Shown in pieces: positions 1-12,187 of a stretch of 64,000 bases of DNA. Under the pieces are notes generated by a model. It worked only from the letters and a program-made list of their open reading frames with translations. It did no database searches and was not told the origin of the DNA. The stretch's first letter is position 1, and every line of letters starts with the position of its first letter. The position numbers were made by a program, and so were the translations under genes. Source of the DNA: Lama guanicoe (Eukaryota); contig MU053513.1 in assembly GCA_013239625.1 (NCBI GenBank), positions 2,964,927 to 3,028,926 of the forward strand, written 5' to 3'.

Positions 1-559
1 ATTGAGGCAGAGGAGCCTGAAGTCATCTTTTTTTTTTTTCATTAAATCCTTGTACTTATGGGAAGAAATATGTTCCAGTCTATCTGTTGTCCTCCCCCTG
101 GGCTCTTAGCATTCTGTTGCAGGATGGGAGGTGCTAACTAACCAGGGACAATGAAGGTAACTAGGTAATCAGACCAGGTGCTTTTTTTAATTCTCAGTCA
201 CCTTATAGTCTTCAATGTCCTTTCCTGGTTTCTATAAACATCTGCTTGGCATCTTTCACTGTTAGAGAGATGCGCTTGTCCTTTAGAATCCAGTTCTTAC
301 CTCGTGTTTAGGACACAGCAGAGGAGCATAAGGATAAATTCTGGTGGTCCTAATATCATTAGGGAGGGAGGCCTCCCCAGAAGCATTATGATAATGATGA
401 GAATGACAGCGATGAGGATGATAATGATGACACCCACTGGGTTCTCTGATTCTTCTGTGAATCTACAGGACATTACAGTAGACAGCACTTACCTTTTAAG
501 CACCTTCATACCTATCACCTCACATGACTCTCCACATAGCCAGTGAAGTAAGGGAAGGT

Positions 560-790
560 TGGATGCTTGAAAGTCTCACCCGCCATTTCTCCTTCCCTGT
601 CCTCCATGTTTCCAGCTGGACTTCTCACCATTCTCCAATGTCCCTTGGCTACCCAGTCCCTCTGATTCTTTCCAGGCTGCTCCTCACTGGTGCCCTGCTG
701 TTTTCCACCATCCCCAACTCTACAAGTTCAAATGTAATTCAGCTCAAATGGTGCATTCTCCCTAAAACCCTCTATTTCTCCCTGGCTTCC
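560..790 (+). mobile_element. L2 LINE fragment (decayed)
   Basis: Pyrimidine-rich stretch with L2-like 'tcagctcaaatg...tctccctaaaaccctct' resembling the recalled L2 3' region. Confidence 0.5.
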
Positions 791-1679
791 AGTTCATGGA
801 TAAGGGCGGGGTGCGGTGCGTAGAAAAAGAAATAGAAGAAAGAGATAAGGAGGAGCGAAGAGGGAAGAGGGGAGAGGGAACGATTATAATTTTGTTTATA
901 AAAATTCCTTGGGGACATGAACAATCTGAGAAACATCTCTCATACAGGCAGCATTAAATACAGTGTCTCAAATTTAGAAGACAGTAAGAAGAATTGTGGA
1001 AGAAAAGAAAGAATGAAGGGGAGAAAGAAGTAAGGATGGAGGGATTCAAAGTTATTCTCTTCTAAATATAAGTGGTAAATTATCCAAAAAGTCTCAGATT
1101 AGGATCATTAGGGGAAAAAATGTTTTTCTATGAGGGGAAAACCCCACAAATGATTCTTTTCTTTCTTCCTCTTGATTCCCCTCACTTGAAGATCTCTGTG
1201 TAATTTTGAGGTGAGTGTGGAGGGGAGCTGAGGAACGAGGGTTCGGATGGTAAACGTAAAGCAAAGTGAGAAGAATGTAAATATTTGTTAAACTGGGCTT
1301 TTCACTGAGCATTGCTTTGAAGTTCCCGATAGGACTTGCAGATCTGAACAGCAGGAAGCCTGCTTAGAACAACATCCTTTAGATAGCACATAATGACAGG
1401 ACTTGCAAGAATTCTTATTTTTCAGAAAAGCAGCTCTTGTCTGAGGAGGATCTTTAAAGCTAGAATCCCACATCATGGAATAAGAAGTGGATACAGAAGG
1501 AGAGCCTGTCCTTCTAATAACAACAATGGCCCCTTTTCTGAGCTGGGGAACTTCCATCTGTTTGCTGTGTGCTCAGCACGTACCAGGTACTCTGCCAGGA
1601 ACTTTATATAGATGAAATTGGATTCTCACTAGCAGCCTATCTGTAGACTCAGGGTGGTCAAGTTACACTAAATGAGCCA

Positions 1680-1863
1680 ATATAAGTAACCTTGGGCACA
1701 TTGCTTAGCCTGTTTGTGCTTCTATTTTCTTACCTGAAATCAGGGAAACAGTAGTACCTGCCTAATAGGATTGTTAAAGGTTTAAATTAGTTATTATCTA
1801 TAAAGGGCCTTCCGGCCCTGCCTGGAAAAGGGAAAGGGCTCAGTACATGTTAGCTTTTATTAT
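1680..1863 (+). mobile_element. MIR SINE
   Basis: 'gtaaccttgggcacattgcttagcctg...gtagtacctgcctaataggattgtt...ctcagtacatgttagcttttattat' follows the MIR core and tail. Confidence 0.85.
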
Positions 1864-1865
1864 GA

Positions 1866-2367
1866 GAGTATTTCATCAGATCTAAGACATCATCAACTGT
1901 TTATCACACCGTTACTCTAAATACTATTAGGAAGGAAAAGCCAGGTGGGGAGTCTAATAAGAGAACTCTGCAAAAAGCTGAGACACCAAAATGTCATTCC
2001 CTTAAAGTTAGAATATTCCAGAAATAAAGTTGCCATTCAGAAAGGCACAAGAAGACAGAAAGGAAAAATAATCTCCCCAGAGAACTGGAACCACAATCAG
2101 GTGCTCATGCAGGTTCCTGATACAAGTTCACACTACCAGTGTGACTCAAGGAAAAACTCAGTGAATAATTCAATTTAAAGTGGTCTCTGGTTGGTAGTAT
2201 CCCCAGGTGACCGGCTGAAACAACACAAATCCTATCGGGAAAAATTTAACTTTGTTGCAGGCTAATAGCAACTGCAAAATATTGTGTGTAAGACACACCG
2301 CATCCTCAGATATGTGAAACAAACAAACAAACAAACAAAAAACCACTTTTAAATCAATGAAATATGG
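1866..2367 (-). mobile_element. TcMar-Tc2 DNA transposon remnant (MER104/Kanga-like ends)
   Basis: Imperfect terminal inverted repeats 'gtatttcatcagatctaa' (1868) and 'ttaaatcaatgaaatatgg' (ends 2367), plus subterminal 'tgtaagacacacc', matching recalled MER104-type ends. Confidence 0.6.
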
Positions 2368-3344
2368 TGGTATTGTCATCAAAGTTGTTGTTATCATAAT
2401 CATCATCACCCTCCTCCTACAGAACAAAGAGAATTAGGAATGGGGCCTGGACTATTTTAAATACCTATTCTTCACCCTAAACCCTAAAGGAAGCATAACC
2501 ACAAGTCCATAAAGAGAGGATGACAAAGAGTCCTGGAGTTGCCCAGAACATTGAGATTCACCAATGTAAAAATTCTTTGGGGTTTTTCCTTCTTGTCAAG
2601 ATTACTAGTTAAAAAATAAAAATTAAAGTTAGAATTAAAATAAAACAAACAAACCCCAAAACACCTTCTTTTTTTGAACATAGTTAGACCACCCTGCACA
2701 TACATGCATACTGCACCCCAGCCTCATGCACAGATATCAACTGTTACACCTCCGAGCATCTCTTTAAAGAATTCTCTTGTATGTCAAGTTGAACCTTGGC
2801 AGAGGAACACATACATATTAAACAGTCTTTTGCTGAACACAAGTAGAGTTTTGCCAGAGCATAGGTCTCATGATGACAATAAATAGTATTGTGCCAAGAA
2901 CACCTGAATTTCTAAGTAAGACAGTTTTCCTATCAATTCTGGATTTAATTTTGCATTGACAGTCATTTGAATTGCTCATGCAACATAAAGCACATAGTTT
3001 ATTACTTATAGTCTCCTGTGCTAAAATAGCAAAGACAGAAAGATCCTCACTGTTAAGCAGAAGCTTAATATACACAAGGTCTGCCATCAGAGAGTCTCTG
3101 ATATACTTCTTTATCATAACCTGATCAGTCAATATCATACTTCCAAAACCCTACTAACCACCTCTATTTGGATGTCTGAGACAACTCAAATTCAATAGTC
3201 TAAATTCAAACCAATGATAGCCTCCCTCCCCAGCCCTCTCTTCCTGACGTACACTGTCCCTCTGAGTGGCTACCACTAAAGTTATTCTAACCCCAATAAC
3301 TAAAATTGCAACTCTGCTCAATAGCACTATAACCTGGAGCATCT

Positions 3345-3470
3345 TAATTTTCTTTGACCCCGTTCCTCATCTGTAAAATCATACAGTCCCTAGGAAAATT
3401 AAATAATGAGATAATGCACAAAGGACCTAGCTTAGGATCCAGCACATAGCAGGCAATTAATGATCACTGA
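3345..3470 (+). mobile_element. MIR SINE fragment
   Basis: Core 'ttcctcatctgtaaaat' followed by 'aatgagataatgcac...cagcacatagcaggc'. Confidence 0.8.
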
Positions 3471-3499
3471 TTTCCTTCTTTCCACATGTCAGTTCCCCT

Positions 3500-3680
3500 G
3501 CACAAGCTGTTCTTCCTTCAGGGAATGCCTTTTTCTTTCCTTCCTCTGTCAGGAAAACTGCTACTTATTCTTTGAGACCAAATCCAAAAGTCACCTCCTC
3601 TGAAATGGCACTGACCCCTCTAGGAAGATTTTAGAGCCCTTTGTTCTGAAGCATACTTCACATCATGTGGTAATTATTTG
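3500..3680 (+). mobile_element. L2 LINE fragment
   Basis: 'ggaatgccttt...ctacttattctttgagaccaaatccaaaagtcacctcctctgaaa' matches the L2 3' region. Confidence 0.7.
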
Positions 3681-3699
3681 ATTACCAATCAATCTTCAT

Positions 3700-3880
3700 C
3701 TTTCAACCAAATTCAGCAAACCCACAGCATACCATGCTCCACAGTCTCCCCTGACAGACATTACTAATCAACCACAGTACCATTTCTCCCTGAGTCAGGA
3801 TGCAAATTCAGAATCCTTTCAACACAATGCTCCAGGCAGTAGTGATGCTAATCAATGTGACCTGGTGTATTTACCTCTGT
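3700..3880. mobile_element. hAT-Charlie MITE (MER102-like)
   Basis: 'cagacattactaatcaaccacag...tcagaatcctttcaacacaatgctccaggcag' matches recalled MER102 internal sequence. Confidence 0.6.
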
Positions 3881-3884
3881 GGCA

Positions 3885-4030
3885 CAAAACAGGTAGTAGC
3901 TTGAGGCCAGAGGCTATGCCTTGATAAATCTATAGGCCATGTGACCACAGGTAACACTGTTATCTTCTCTAGGCCTCTATTTTCTCATCTGTAAGATGGA
4001 ATGTTTTTAGGAACCTAGCTGGCTCTCAAG
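3885..4030 (+). mobile_element. MIR SINE fragment
   Basis: 'atgtgaccacaggtaac...cttctctaggcctctattttctcatctgtaagatgg'. Confidence 0.75.
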
Positions 4031-4270
4031 TCTAATGGCACTGTGATGATGACCAGGGACCCTGACTGGTCAGAGCGGTTGTCACGTCAAGGAAGGTCTG
4101 CAGCACAGCTCTGTACATGGCCCCTACTCTGGGTCCAGGTCCATTCTTATCACATAGTTAGGGCATGCCTTCAGACACTCACAAAGTGAACCTGGTGACT
4201 ACGTAATTGAAATAGAAATGGGGTGAGAATTTGTGATCTTTCAACTTGGTAGACAGCAGCTGCCACTTAC

Positions 4271-4516
4271 CAAAGCCCACCTGATTGCAGCTATTTTGCA
4301 CCTGCTGAGAAATAGTCTGCAGCAAAAGAGATTATTTCCTTCTTAACCCTTGTCTGAAAAGAAGCTTCCATATATTTGTACAGAATAGGATCAGGTTCAG
4401 TCTTTCGCATGTATACGGACACTGACAGGTTAACACGCCTGGTCAGACCACCTCCACTAAGACCTGGCATTCACGACTGGAATTTTAAATGTCCACCAAG
4501 TTACTTTGTGGAAAAC
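4271..4516 (-). other. Candidate 246-nt non-coding/5'UTR exon
   Basis: Minus-strand acceptor 'ctctctttgttctgatttcag|G' and donor 'TTG|GTAAGT' in repeat-free DNA; stops in all three frames. Confidence 0.35.
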
Positions 4517-6105
4517 CTGAAATCAGAACAAAGAGAGTCTGAACATTTTCAATTCTATGTATATTTATCAAAATGAGAAAAATACATCTGTTTTTGTATC
4601 TTACATGTGACTGCATAAAGATGAGATTTCTCTGGAGATTACTTGTTAGTTTTATAAGTCAAATACTCAGATTTATTCAGTAAACATTAACATAAAAATA
4701 TATGTAAAGGTAGTTTCAGGGAAAGAATTACCAATAAATAGTTGTGAAGAAACTAAGGCCATTTCACCAAATTTAGAAACAGATTCAGTTGACAGGAGGT
4801 AAGCTTGCGCTAGATCTTAATAGTTCAGCTAAAATCTCAGCTCTGGTGCCCAAGACCCAGTCTAGGTGGGTATTCTTTTGTAACTTTCACAGTCCCTGAA
4901 GGGTTTACCACCCCTCAACACGGAACCTCCCGTTTACTAAATGTCTCTGTTCACTGTTGCAGTGACTGGCTTACTATCTTCTTCCCTGCGGGACTAGGAC
5001 TGTGCGTTCTTGAAAAGCAGAGGTTCTGCCTATCTTATTCACCAACGCTTCCCCACTGGCAAAAGCAGCTAAGTCAGAAGCCTCGTGTCAACAAACCAAA
5101 ACACAGCGATCTGGGAACAATTCTGCGGTCCAGGCAGGCTTGGTGGGGCCGTTTCCTCTAACCTCATGTCTACTGGCTCAGCTCAGCAACAAGAGCGAGG
5201 CCTCCTCCGCACGCTCCTACATTCTCGAGCACCTAACCACCAATTCATAAGATGGTACTTAGAAAACACGTAATTCTGATTCACTTAAAAAAAACAATAT
5301 TTGCCAAATTTGTTAGGCAATTTTCCAAAGCATGAAGTTGGCCCCTAGTTTTAGCCTATTTTGACATTTTCCTGCGTTTTGTTATTTTTAGGCCGTATTT
5401 TGCAAATCGAGCTTTTGCTCCTGATTTTAACAAAGCCTTTTCTTCCAGAGCAAAACAGATGAGCAGTTCAGCAAGACAGGGCAGCTTTTATCTGCAAAAA
5501 AATCTGCCTTTCAGCAGCACAGACAATATGAGCAAAACAGAGGCGAACACATGCAATATTTCCTGTATGTGAATTGTGATTCTTTTCTCCCGTGGGATGT
5601 GCGAATGGCAAGATAGTTTATTCCCGTGTGGCACTGATAGCAGGGCCTGAATACTTCTGAATATATCACTTTTATTGCCTTTATATTGAATTACTGTGAA
5701 AGAAAAAATACTTTTGTGAGAATTCAAAATCAAAATACTTTAGGAGCTTTTAGAATCCACCTCCAGGACATAAAGAAAAGCTTAAAAAAACAAATAATTC
5801 TGTTCTGCTGAGAGATACCAGATATCACTCCCACTGAGAGAGGGCCTCTTTACAGAAAGGGAGGTGTCATCAAATATTTATGCTGACTTTCAGGGTTCTA
5901 CTTGGGGTCCAAGCACTCTGAGCCCTGTCTCTGCTGCCTTAGAACTTGCCATGTAAGGGACCATATTTGCCCCAGCGTGCTTTGGTCTGTAACATTTCAT
6001 CACCACATGCTCCTTAGAGGATTTGATTTAAGATGTTTCCTTAATGGTTTATTTCACTAGAACTCTCACCGCTCCATTACCCATCAATCATAAAGATTCT
6101 TGTTT

Positions 6106-6192
6106 TATACATATATATATATATATACACACACATATATAAAAATATATAATCTATATATATAATTTATATATATATATATATAATTTATT
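6106..6192. repeat. Compound (TA)n/(CA)n microsatellite
   Basis: Directly visible. Confidence 0.95.
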
Positions 6193-6324
6193 CAGTTTTC
6201 AAATACATTTTTAATGGATTTCTTCTTTCCATGCAACCAAGAACTCCACAAGCCAAGATAAGTTGTTTCAACCACTTTAATTCTAGGCTGGTCCTTTTCT
6301 GTTTAGGTGAGAGGAAGTTGTCTG

Positions 6325-7220
6325 TATGGTAAGATAAAGTCCAAGTGGCTTAGCATGATATCCAAGTCCCTTTGTGACCCGACCTCTGACTATTTGTCCA
6401 GCCTAGCTCTCAGCCTCCCCAGGCTCATTCTTCATATTTTGGCTGTAGCAAGCATCCTGTAGTTCTTGGAGGGCTCCATGCTTTTTGATGGCTGCATACA
6501 TTGGTATAGTTCATTCTATCCAAAATTTCAGTTCAGAGCAAAAAGAGAACAACAGCAAAAACAAAATGAAACAAAACAAATTTGGTCTTCAGAGTCAAAA
6601 AATTCCACCTCCTCTCTAAGCCCTAGCCTTTCTACAGCCTCATCAGGAAACTAGTCCCTAGATTCTAGGGGTGTCCATAGCCAGGTAGTAGATAGACAGA
6701 TATAGAGACAGATAGATAAAACAGATATAGCTCTAAAACAAATATATATATATATATATATAATTTTTATATATTTACATACACATATATAAAAGTTGCA
6801 TTGGCTCAGTCATGTTATAATTGTAGTAGCATTAACTGAGCTCCTACTGTGTGTGTGGAATTGTGCTGGGCCCCTTACACACATTTCCTCTAATATTTAC
6901 AACTGCAATGCACATAAGTACTCTTATTTCTCACCTTACAATTTGGGAAACTGCTGGTCAAAGGGGAAAAATGATTCGGCCAGGATGATAACTAATAAGT
7001 AGTGATGTCAAGGTTCAAACTAGACTGTCTAAAAAGCTAGTGATCTTTCCATTGTACCTCAAGGATATATTTATTAAATTACACATCTCTCTCTACTCCA
7101 GTAAACCATACTGCCTTGAAGGGAAGACCACATCTAAGACTCCTAATCCTGGAAACCCAGTCCTTTGCACATATTAGGTACCCAAGAAATGTTGGTGAAT
7201 CAATATATTAAATGAATACA
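6325..7220 (+). mobile_element. L2 LINE 3' portion, interrupted by simple repeats and a MIR
   Basis: 'gataaagtccaag...cttagcatgatatccaagtccctttgtgacc' (6333) and L2 3' end 'gcacatattaggtacccaagaaatgttggtgaatcaat' (~7170-7205). Confidence 0.65.
6825..7055 (-). mobile_element. MIR SINE
   Basis: 'cattaactgagctcctactgtgtg...ttacaatttgggaaactg...aggttcaaactagactgtct' is reverse-complement MIR. Confidence 0.75.
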
Positions 7221-7789
7221 ACAATTTGCATCCTTGCTTTTCAAGCGGAAAAAAAAACAGTGATTGTAAGTAGAAACTGAGATGCTTGTACATCTCTTGA
7301 TGTTTTGTTGTCATCATTTTCAAGAGGCAATGTAGTCAAAAGAAAAAATGATGCGAAGATAGACTATACTCTAATCTCAGCTCCACAGTGGACAAATCAG
7401 GTCCTGTCTACAGAGTTCTAAGCAAAATGGAGATGACAAAAGTCCCTTCCTCACGAATTAACAAGGTTTAACTCTAATAAAGGCTATGAAGAGCCGTTCC
7501 TTCATAAACACCTAATTTCCATACAAATGTTGGCTGATAACTGGTAGTCAACTACAGAAGACGATTCTCCTCAAAAACTATTTATTTTAAAGTCTCTTTC
7601 TTGTAAGAAGAAAGATGAGGGCTAAGGAAATTTAATATTTTCTGCAAATCAACACACATTTACTGAGCACCTACACCATGCCTATACAGGGTCCGAGTTC
7701 ACTTTGCTCTCCTAAAATAAGAAAAGTTGGTGATGGCAGAAAACATAAAGGAGAAAAACTAGTATGTGTTCATTATAACATAATTTGAC

Positions 7790-7920
7790 GTCTTTCTTCC
7801 CCCTTGGAGTTGAAATTCTACAAGGGCAGGACCTTGCATCTGTTCTTGTTGCCAGTACGTCTTCCTCATATAATATCTGGTATACAGATGGTGCTCAACA
7901 AACACTTACTGAATACACAT
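7790..7920 (+). mobile_element. L2 3' end
   Basis: 'caagggcaggaccttgcatctgttcttg...tctggtatacagatggtgctcaacaaacacttactgaat'. Confidence 0.75.
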
Positions 7921-8245
7921 TCTTGGTTCATTGTTTAGTAAAATACTATTGGGGACATTTGGGTTTTCTAAGATAAGACATGGTCTGGAAATGGAGGGTA
8001 AAAGTAAAGAGAAGAGGGAATTCTCAACACAGGGAAAGCAACAGAAATGTGCAGACTGAAAACTGACAAAGGACAGGAAGAGGAGGATAAGAAAAGAAGT
8101 CCAGGAAAGGAGAAGCAAGCCCAGACCTAAGTGGGGCGACCAAAAGGCCTTTCCTCAGAAAGAAAAGGGCTTGGGAACTTCTTCCGCACTACAGTTCTCA
8201 AAGGGTTTTATTGCATGAAAATAAAAGGTATTTTTCCCTTCCATC

Positions 8246-8247
<2 letters not shown>

Positions 8248-8284
<37 letters not shown>
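8248..8284. repeat. (AC)n microsatellite
   Basis: About 18 AC units, directly visible. Confidence 0.97.
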
Positions 8285-8288
<4 letters not shown>

Positions 8289-10361
8289 CTTTTCCCAAGT
8301 CTTTTCCCAAGAAAAGACTTCGAGCTCTAGGTTGTCTTCTTTCCTCCTCTCCAGAGCCTGCCCCAATAAGCTAACCACAGACATTACCGAAGCCCGAGTT
8401 TGCTCCCAGACAAGTGGACTTTACCATTCTGAACCACTAACCTGGAAAACGAGGGTAGTAACCTACCACTTCTCATAGTAAAAGTGAGCATTGGAAAGTA
8501 ATATACACTATGTATCTGGCACAGTGAGTGCTCTGGAAATGTCTCTTCTGTTCCCTATTCCCTATCCTCTCTCTATTCATCCTACAACATGAGAGAAATA
8601 ATTTGTAACTGCTAAGTCTCACTTCAGCAGTGGTGAGAACACAAAGACACACACACACAGACTCAAACACCTTCCCTTTACCAAATGCAATAGTACTAAA
8701 GTCCAACACCACCAAAGAATAACACACATGGCAGAACATCATGAGAGTTTTAAACTACAAAGGCCCATGCTAGCAGCACCTTGAAATACAACCTTTGGGT
8801 CTCTTTAGTTGGAAAAATCTTCAAGAAGCTCTGTGGTATCGAAGAACATACCTATTTTCAGGAGTTTTAAACTATCATTGCTCACCTTCCCTGGTAGGAA
8901 AAAAAAATTAAGTCTCATACAGAAAAAGAAAAAGAAAACATCTCAGTAAAGTCTTCTAGAGGAAAAACTAATCTCTCACTGGTTGCAAATATTCTTAACA
9001 GAGTTCTTTCTCTCCATAGCGTGGAGTGGGGAAGCTGCCAGGAAGAAGAACCAGATTGCAATGAAAGGAGCAAGCAAAGAATCACAGTGCTCCACAACCT
9101 GCTCACGCTCCACAAATTAAGCAGCGTCCCTTTCTCATCACAAATTATGGAAATTTGACTTACTTTACCTTCTAACAGCTGAACAAAATGTATAAAATGA
9201 ACAGAATCTTCCCAGGGTCTATCACTTCCTTAGAGTAATAGACATGATCATTAACTTCACACAATCGTATGCCTAAGTACAACAACTAACTACATGCTAC
9301 CACACACCCGTCACTCTGCTTCCCTTAAGTGGGTTGAACTTGACCTTCAAAGCCCTTGAAATGCAAAAAGACTTACTCTTTTTTGATATTTATGAGTGTC
9401 TTTTCTGCTTGACTGCCTTTTACCGCCTGGAAATAATAGTGAAAGCATTGTAGACGAAACGTGCTATAAACACTGACAAATAACAGGAAAGGCAGACAGT
9501 TTTATTCCAGGCAGGTTAAAGCTAATCTAATCAAATCTAATTCTCTCCTTCTGTAAGCCCACCACTATGTTCAATTTATTTTTTGATTAGAAGTGCAATA
9601 CGATAGTCCTCTGTTGGATTGCAGTTAAACAATACTCAGCTTTACGTTTTCCCTGCAAACAATTTTGATGGAACAACAGATTTTAAAGGTTTTTTAAAAA
9701 AAGTCTAATATTAAAGCTAAGTTCTAAGAAGATTCTACGGGAAGTTTTTTCTTACTGTTTTTTGAAAAGTGGTCTTGGGTTTCAGAGATTTAAGAAAAAG
9801 AGCTCTTTGGAAATACTGACTAATGGTGGTAAAGACATTACATGTATTTAAATACTGAATAATGGGAACAATGAGGTTTGAAGAATAGTTGCAATTCAGT
9901 CAGCAAGGTACAAAGAGCTATTTTCTTTCCATCGAACAAATGCACAGTCTCTCATCAAAAATAGAGCTCCCTAGTGAGTACGAAGCAAAGCTACATTCCC
10001 CCCAAATGACTGTGCACAAATGACCAGTTTGCCTTTATGCGAAAAGTTTTCATTGACCAGTAAATTATCCTATTTCTCCTACTTTTTAATTATGGTATAA
10101 AGCAAATGCACATACACACACCCACACACACACACACACTTACTTCTACCTATAATGTACCAATTGTTAGAAATAGAAGCAATTTTACTGAAGGCCTGAG
10201 AAGAAGAAAGAGACAAAGATCACCACTTCATCTTCAAATTAACATTAGTATATGACTTTCACCTAAAAGACAAGGAAACCTCCCACAATATGCTGGGATT
10301 TCAATGAGACATTTAATGTTTCTAGTTTTAAACTTGAGAGTGATGTGAAGAGCAGCAGCTG

Positions 10362-11146
10362 CAGAAGATAGCTTAGTGGTTTCTTATAAAATTAAACATA
10401 CTATTACCATATGATCCAGCAATCATGCTCCCTGGTATTTACCCAGAGGAGTTGAGAACTATGTCAACACAAAACCTGCGCATGGATGTTTATAGCAGCT
10501 TTATTCATAATCACCGAAACTTGGAAGAACCAAGATGTCCCTCAGCAGGTGAATGAACAAATAAACTGAGGTACATTCAGACAATGGAATATTCAGCACT
10601 AAAAAGAAATGAACTATCAAGCCACAAAAAATATGAAGGAAACTTAAATGCATATTACTAAATGAAAGAAGCCAATTTGAAAAGGCTACTTACCATACGA
10701 TTCCAACTATATGACCCTTCGAAAAAGGCAAAACTATGAAGATAGTAAAAAGGTCAGTGGTTGCCAGGAGTTAGGGGAGATGGAAGGATGAATGGATGAA
10801 GAATAGAGGATTTTTAGGGCAGTGAAACTACTCTGTATGTTACTATAATGATGGATATATGTCTTTATAAATTTGTCCAACCCCACAGACAGTATAAAAC
10901 CAAGAATAAAGCCTAAAGTAAACTATGGATTCTGTGTGATTATGGTGTGTTAGTGTAAGTTCATCAGTTGTAACAAAGGTACCACTTTGGTGAGGGATAT
11001 AGATCATGGAGGAGGTTATTCATGAATGGGGCCGGAGAGTATATGGAAAATCTCCTTTACCTTCAGCTCATTTTGCTGTGAACCTAAAACTGCTCTAAAA
11101 ACAAAAACAAATGAACAAACAAAACCTGTCTATTTAAAAAAAAAAA
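10362..11146 (+). mobile_element. L1 3' end (L1MC1-like), 5'-truncated, with A-tail and TSD
   Basis: 'ttaccatatgatccagcaatc', 'gatttttagggcagtgaaactactctgtatg', 'ttttgctgtgaacctaaaactgctctaaaa' and A-tail; flanks aagagcagcagctg / aagagtagtagctg. Confidence 0.92.
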
Positions 11147-11529
11147 GAGTAGTAGCTGTGATTAACAAGGAAAGTACACCTGCCTTGGGTGTCATTTGAC
11201 CTTGGCTGAAGTCTGGGTGTTTCTACTAACCAGCTATGTAGCCTTGGGCTCTTTTAGACTTAGTTTGCTTATATAAAAAAATCAGTAAAGAGGATCAGTA
11301 GATCTAACATTTTTGAGAGTCACTTCCAGCACCTTGTGGGAATCTGTGTAGGCCTAATGATCACTCAAGAAGGGTAAATGATGGATTTGTGCCAACCTAA
11401 GGGGAAAAGAGGACCCTGCCAGCATTTACCTAAGTACCCACAATTTTCTGCTATCAATTTTGTTGATCAAATCTTCAAACATATAACACTATGGCAAAAA
11501 CATTATTGACAAAATCAGCATTTTTAAAA

Positions 11530-11950
11530 CTCTCAATAAAGTAGAAAGATGGGTAAAAACCAGTATGATTAAATTTTGCAAAGATAAATGGGCTAGATAA
11601 TGAATGCAGAAGAAAAAAAAAGCATTACTCTAATAAAAGATGGGTGGAAATGCTTCCTTGATATTACTAGACGGAAAAAAGACCTAAGGTTCTATCTGAC
11701 CAGAAAGTTCAAATTGATTGACGCAACTGCTTCAGAAACTAATTAATTAATTGAGGGAACTAGGAATTAATCCAGAACAGAGAAAACTTGAGGAGTGATT
11801 AAGTAACAAAATACTCTCACACAGAAGCAGCTGGCATATTATTTTTTGAGTAGAGGATAGAATTAGGTCTACCAAGTGGAAGTTCAGGGAGGTGGATTTC
11901 TACTTCATACAATAATAACTTTTGTTTCATATATTAGAAGGTGTTTCTAT
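11530..11950 (+). mobile_element. CR1/L3 LINE fragment
   Basis: 'gaaagatgggtaaaaacc...aaattttgcaaagataaatg', 'gaaaaaagacctaaggttctatctgaccagaaagttcaa' and 'gtggaagttcagggaggtggattt' follow recalled L3 ORF2/3' order. Confidence 0.6.
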
Positions 11951-12187
11951 GGTATTTAAGGTGTAGGGTATAGAAGGTGTTTCCAGGTTATTCCAGGCAT
12001 AATCGAGATACAGGATTACAGAGATAGGCACAGACTCGTGCTCAAGGAGCTCACTACCCAGTAATAAATAGGCTACTTTGAGAGGAAGTGAACACTCCAA
12101 AGGAAGAAGTAGTCACACAAAGACTTATTGACGGCTTTTAAAGGAAAATGTTGTATTGGGTGATTTGCTCAGTTAAATTGCTTCTTC

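Noticed and set aside
297..546. Hydrophobic and Met-rich ORFs, and a 49-nt minus exon candidate (301-349)
   Set aside because: The ORFs arise from a degenerate (ATG/ATA)n tract; the exon candidate has a good donor but a mediocre acceptor and an unrecognised peptide
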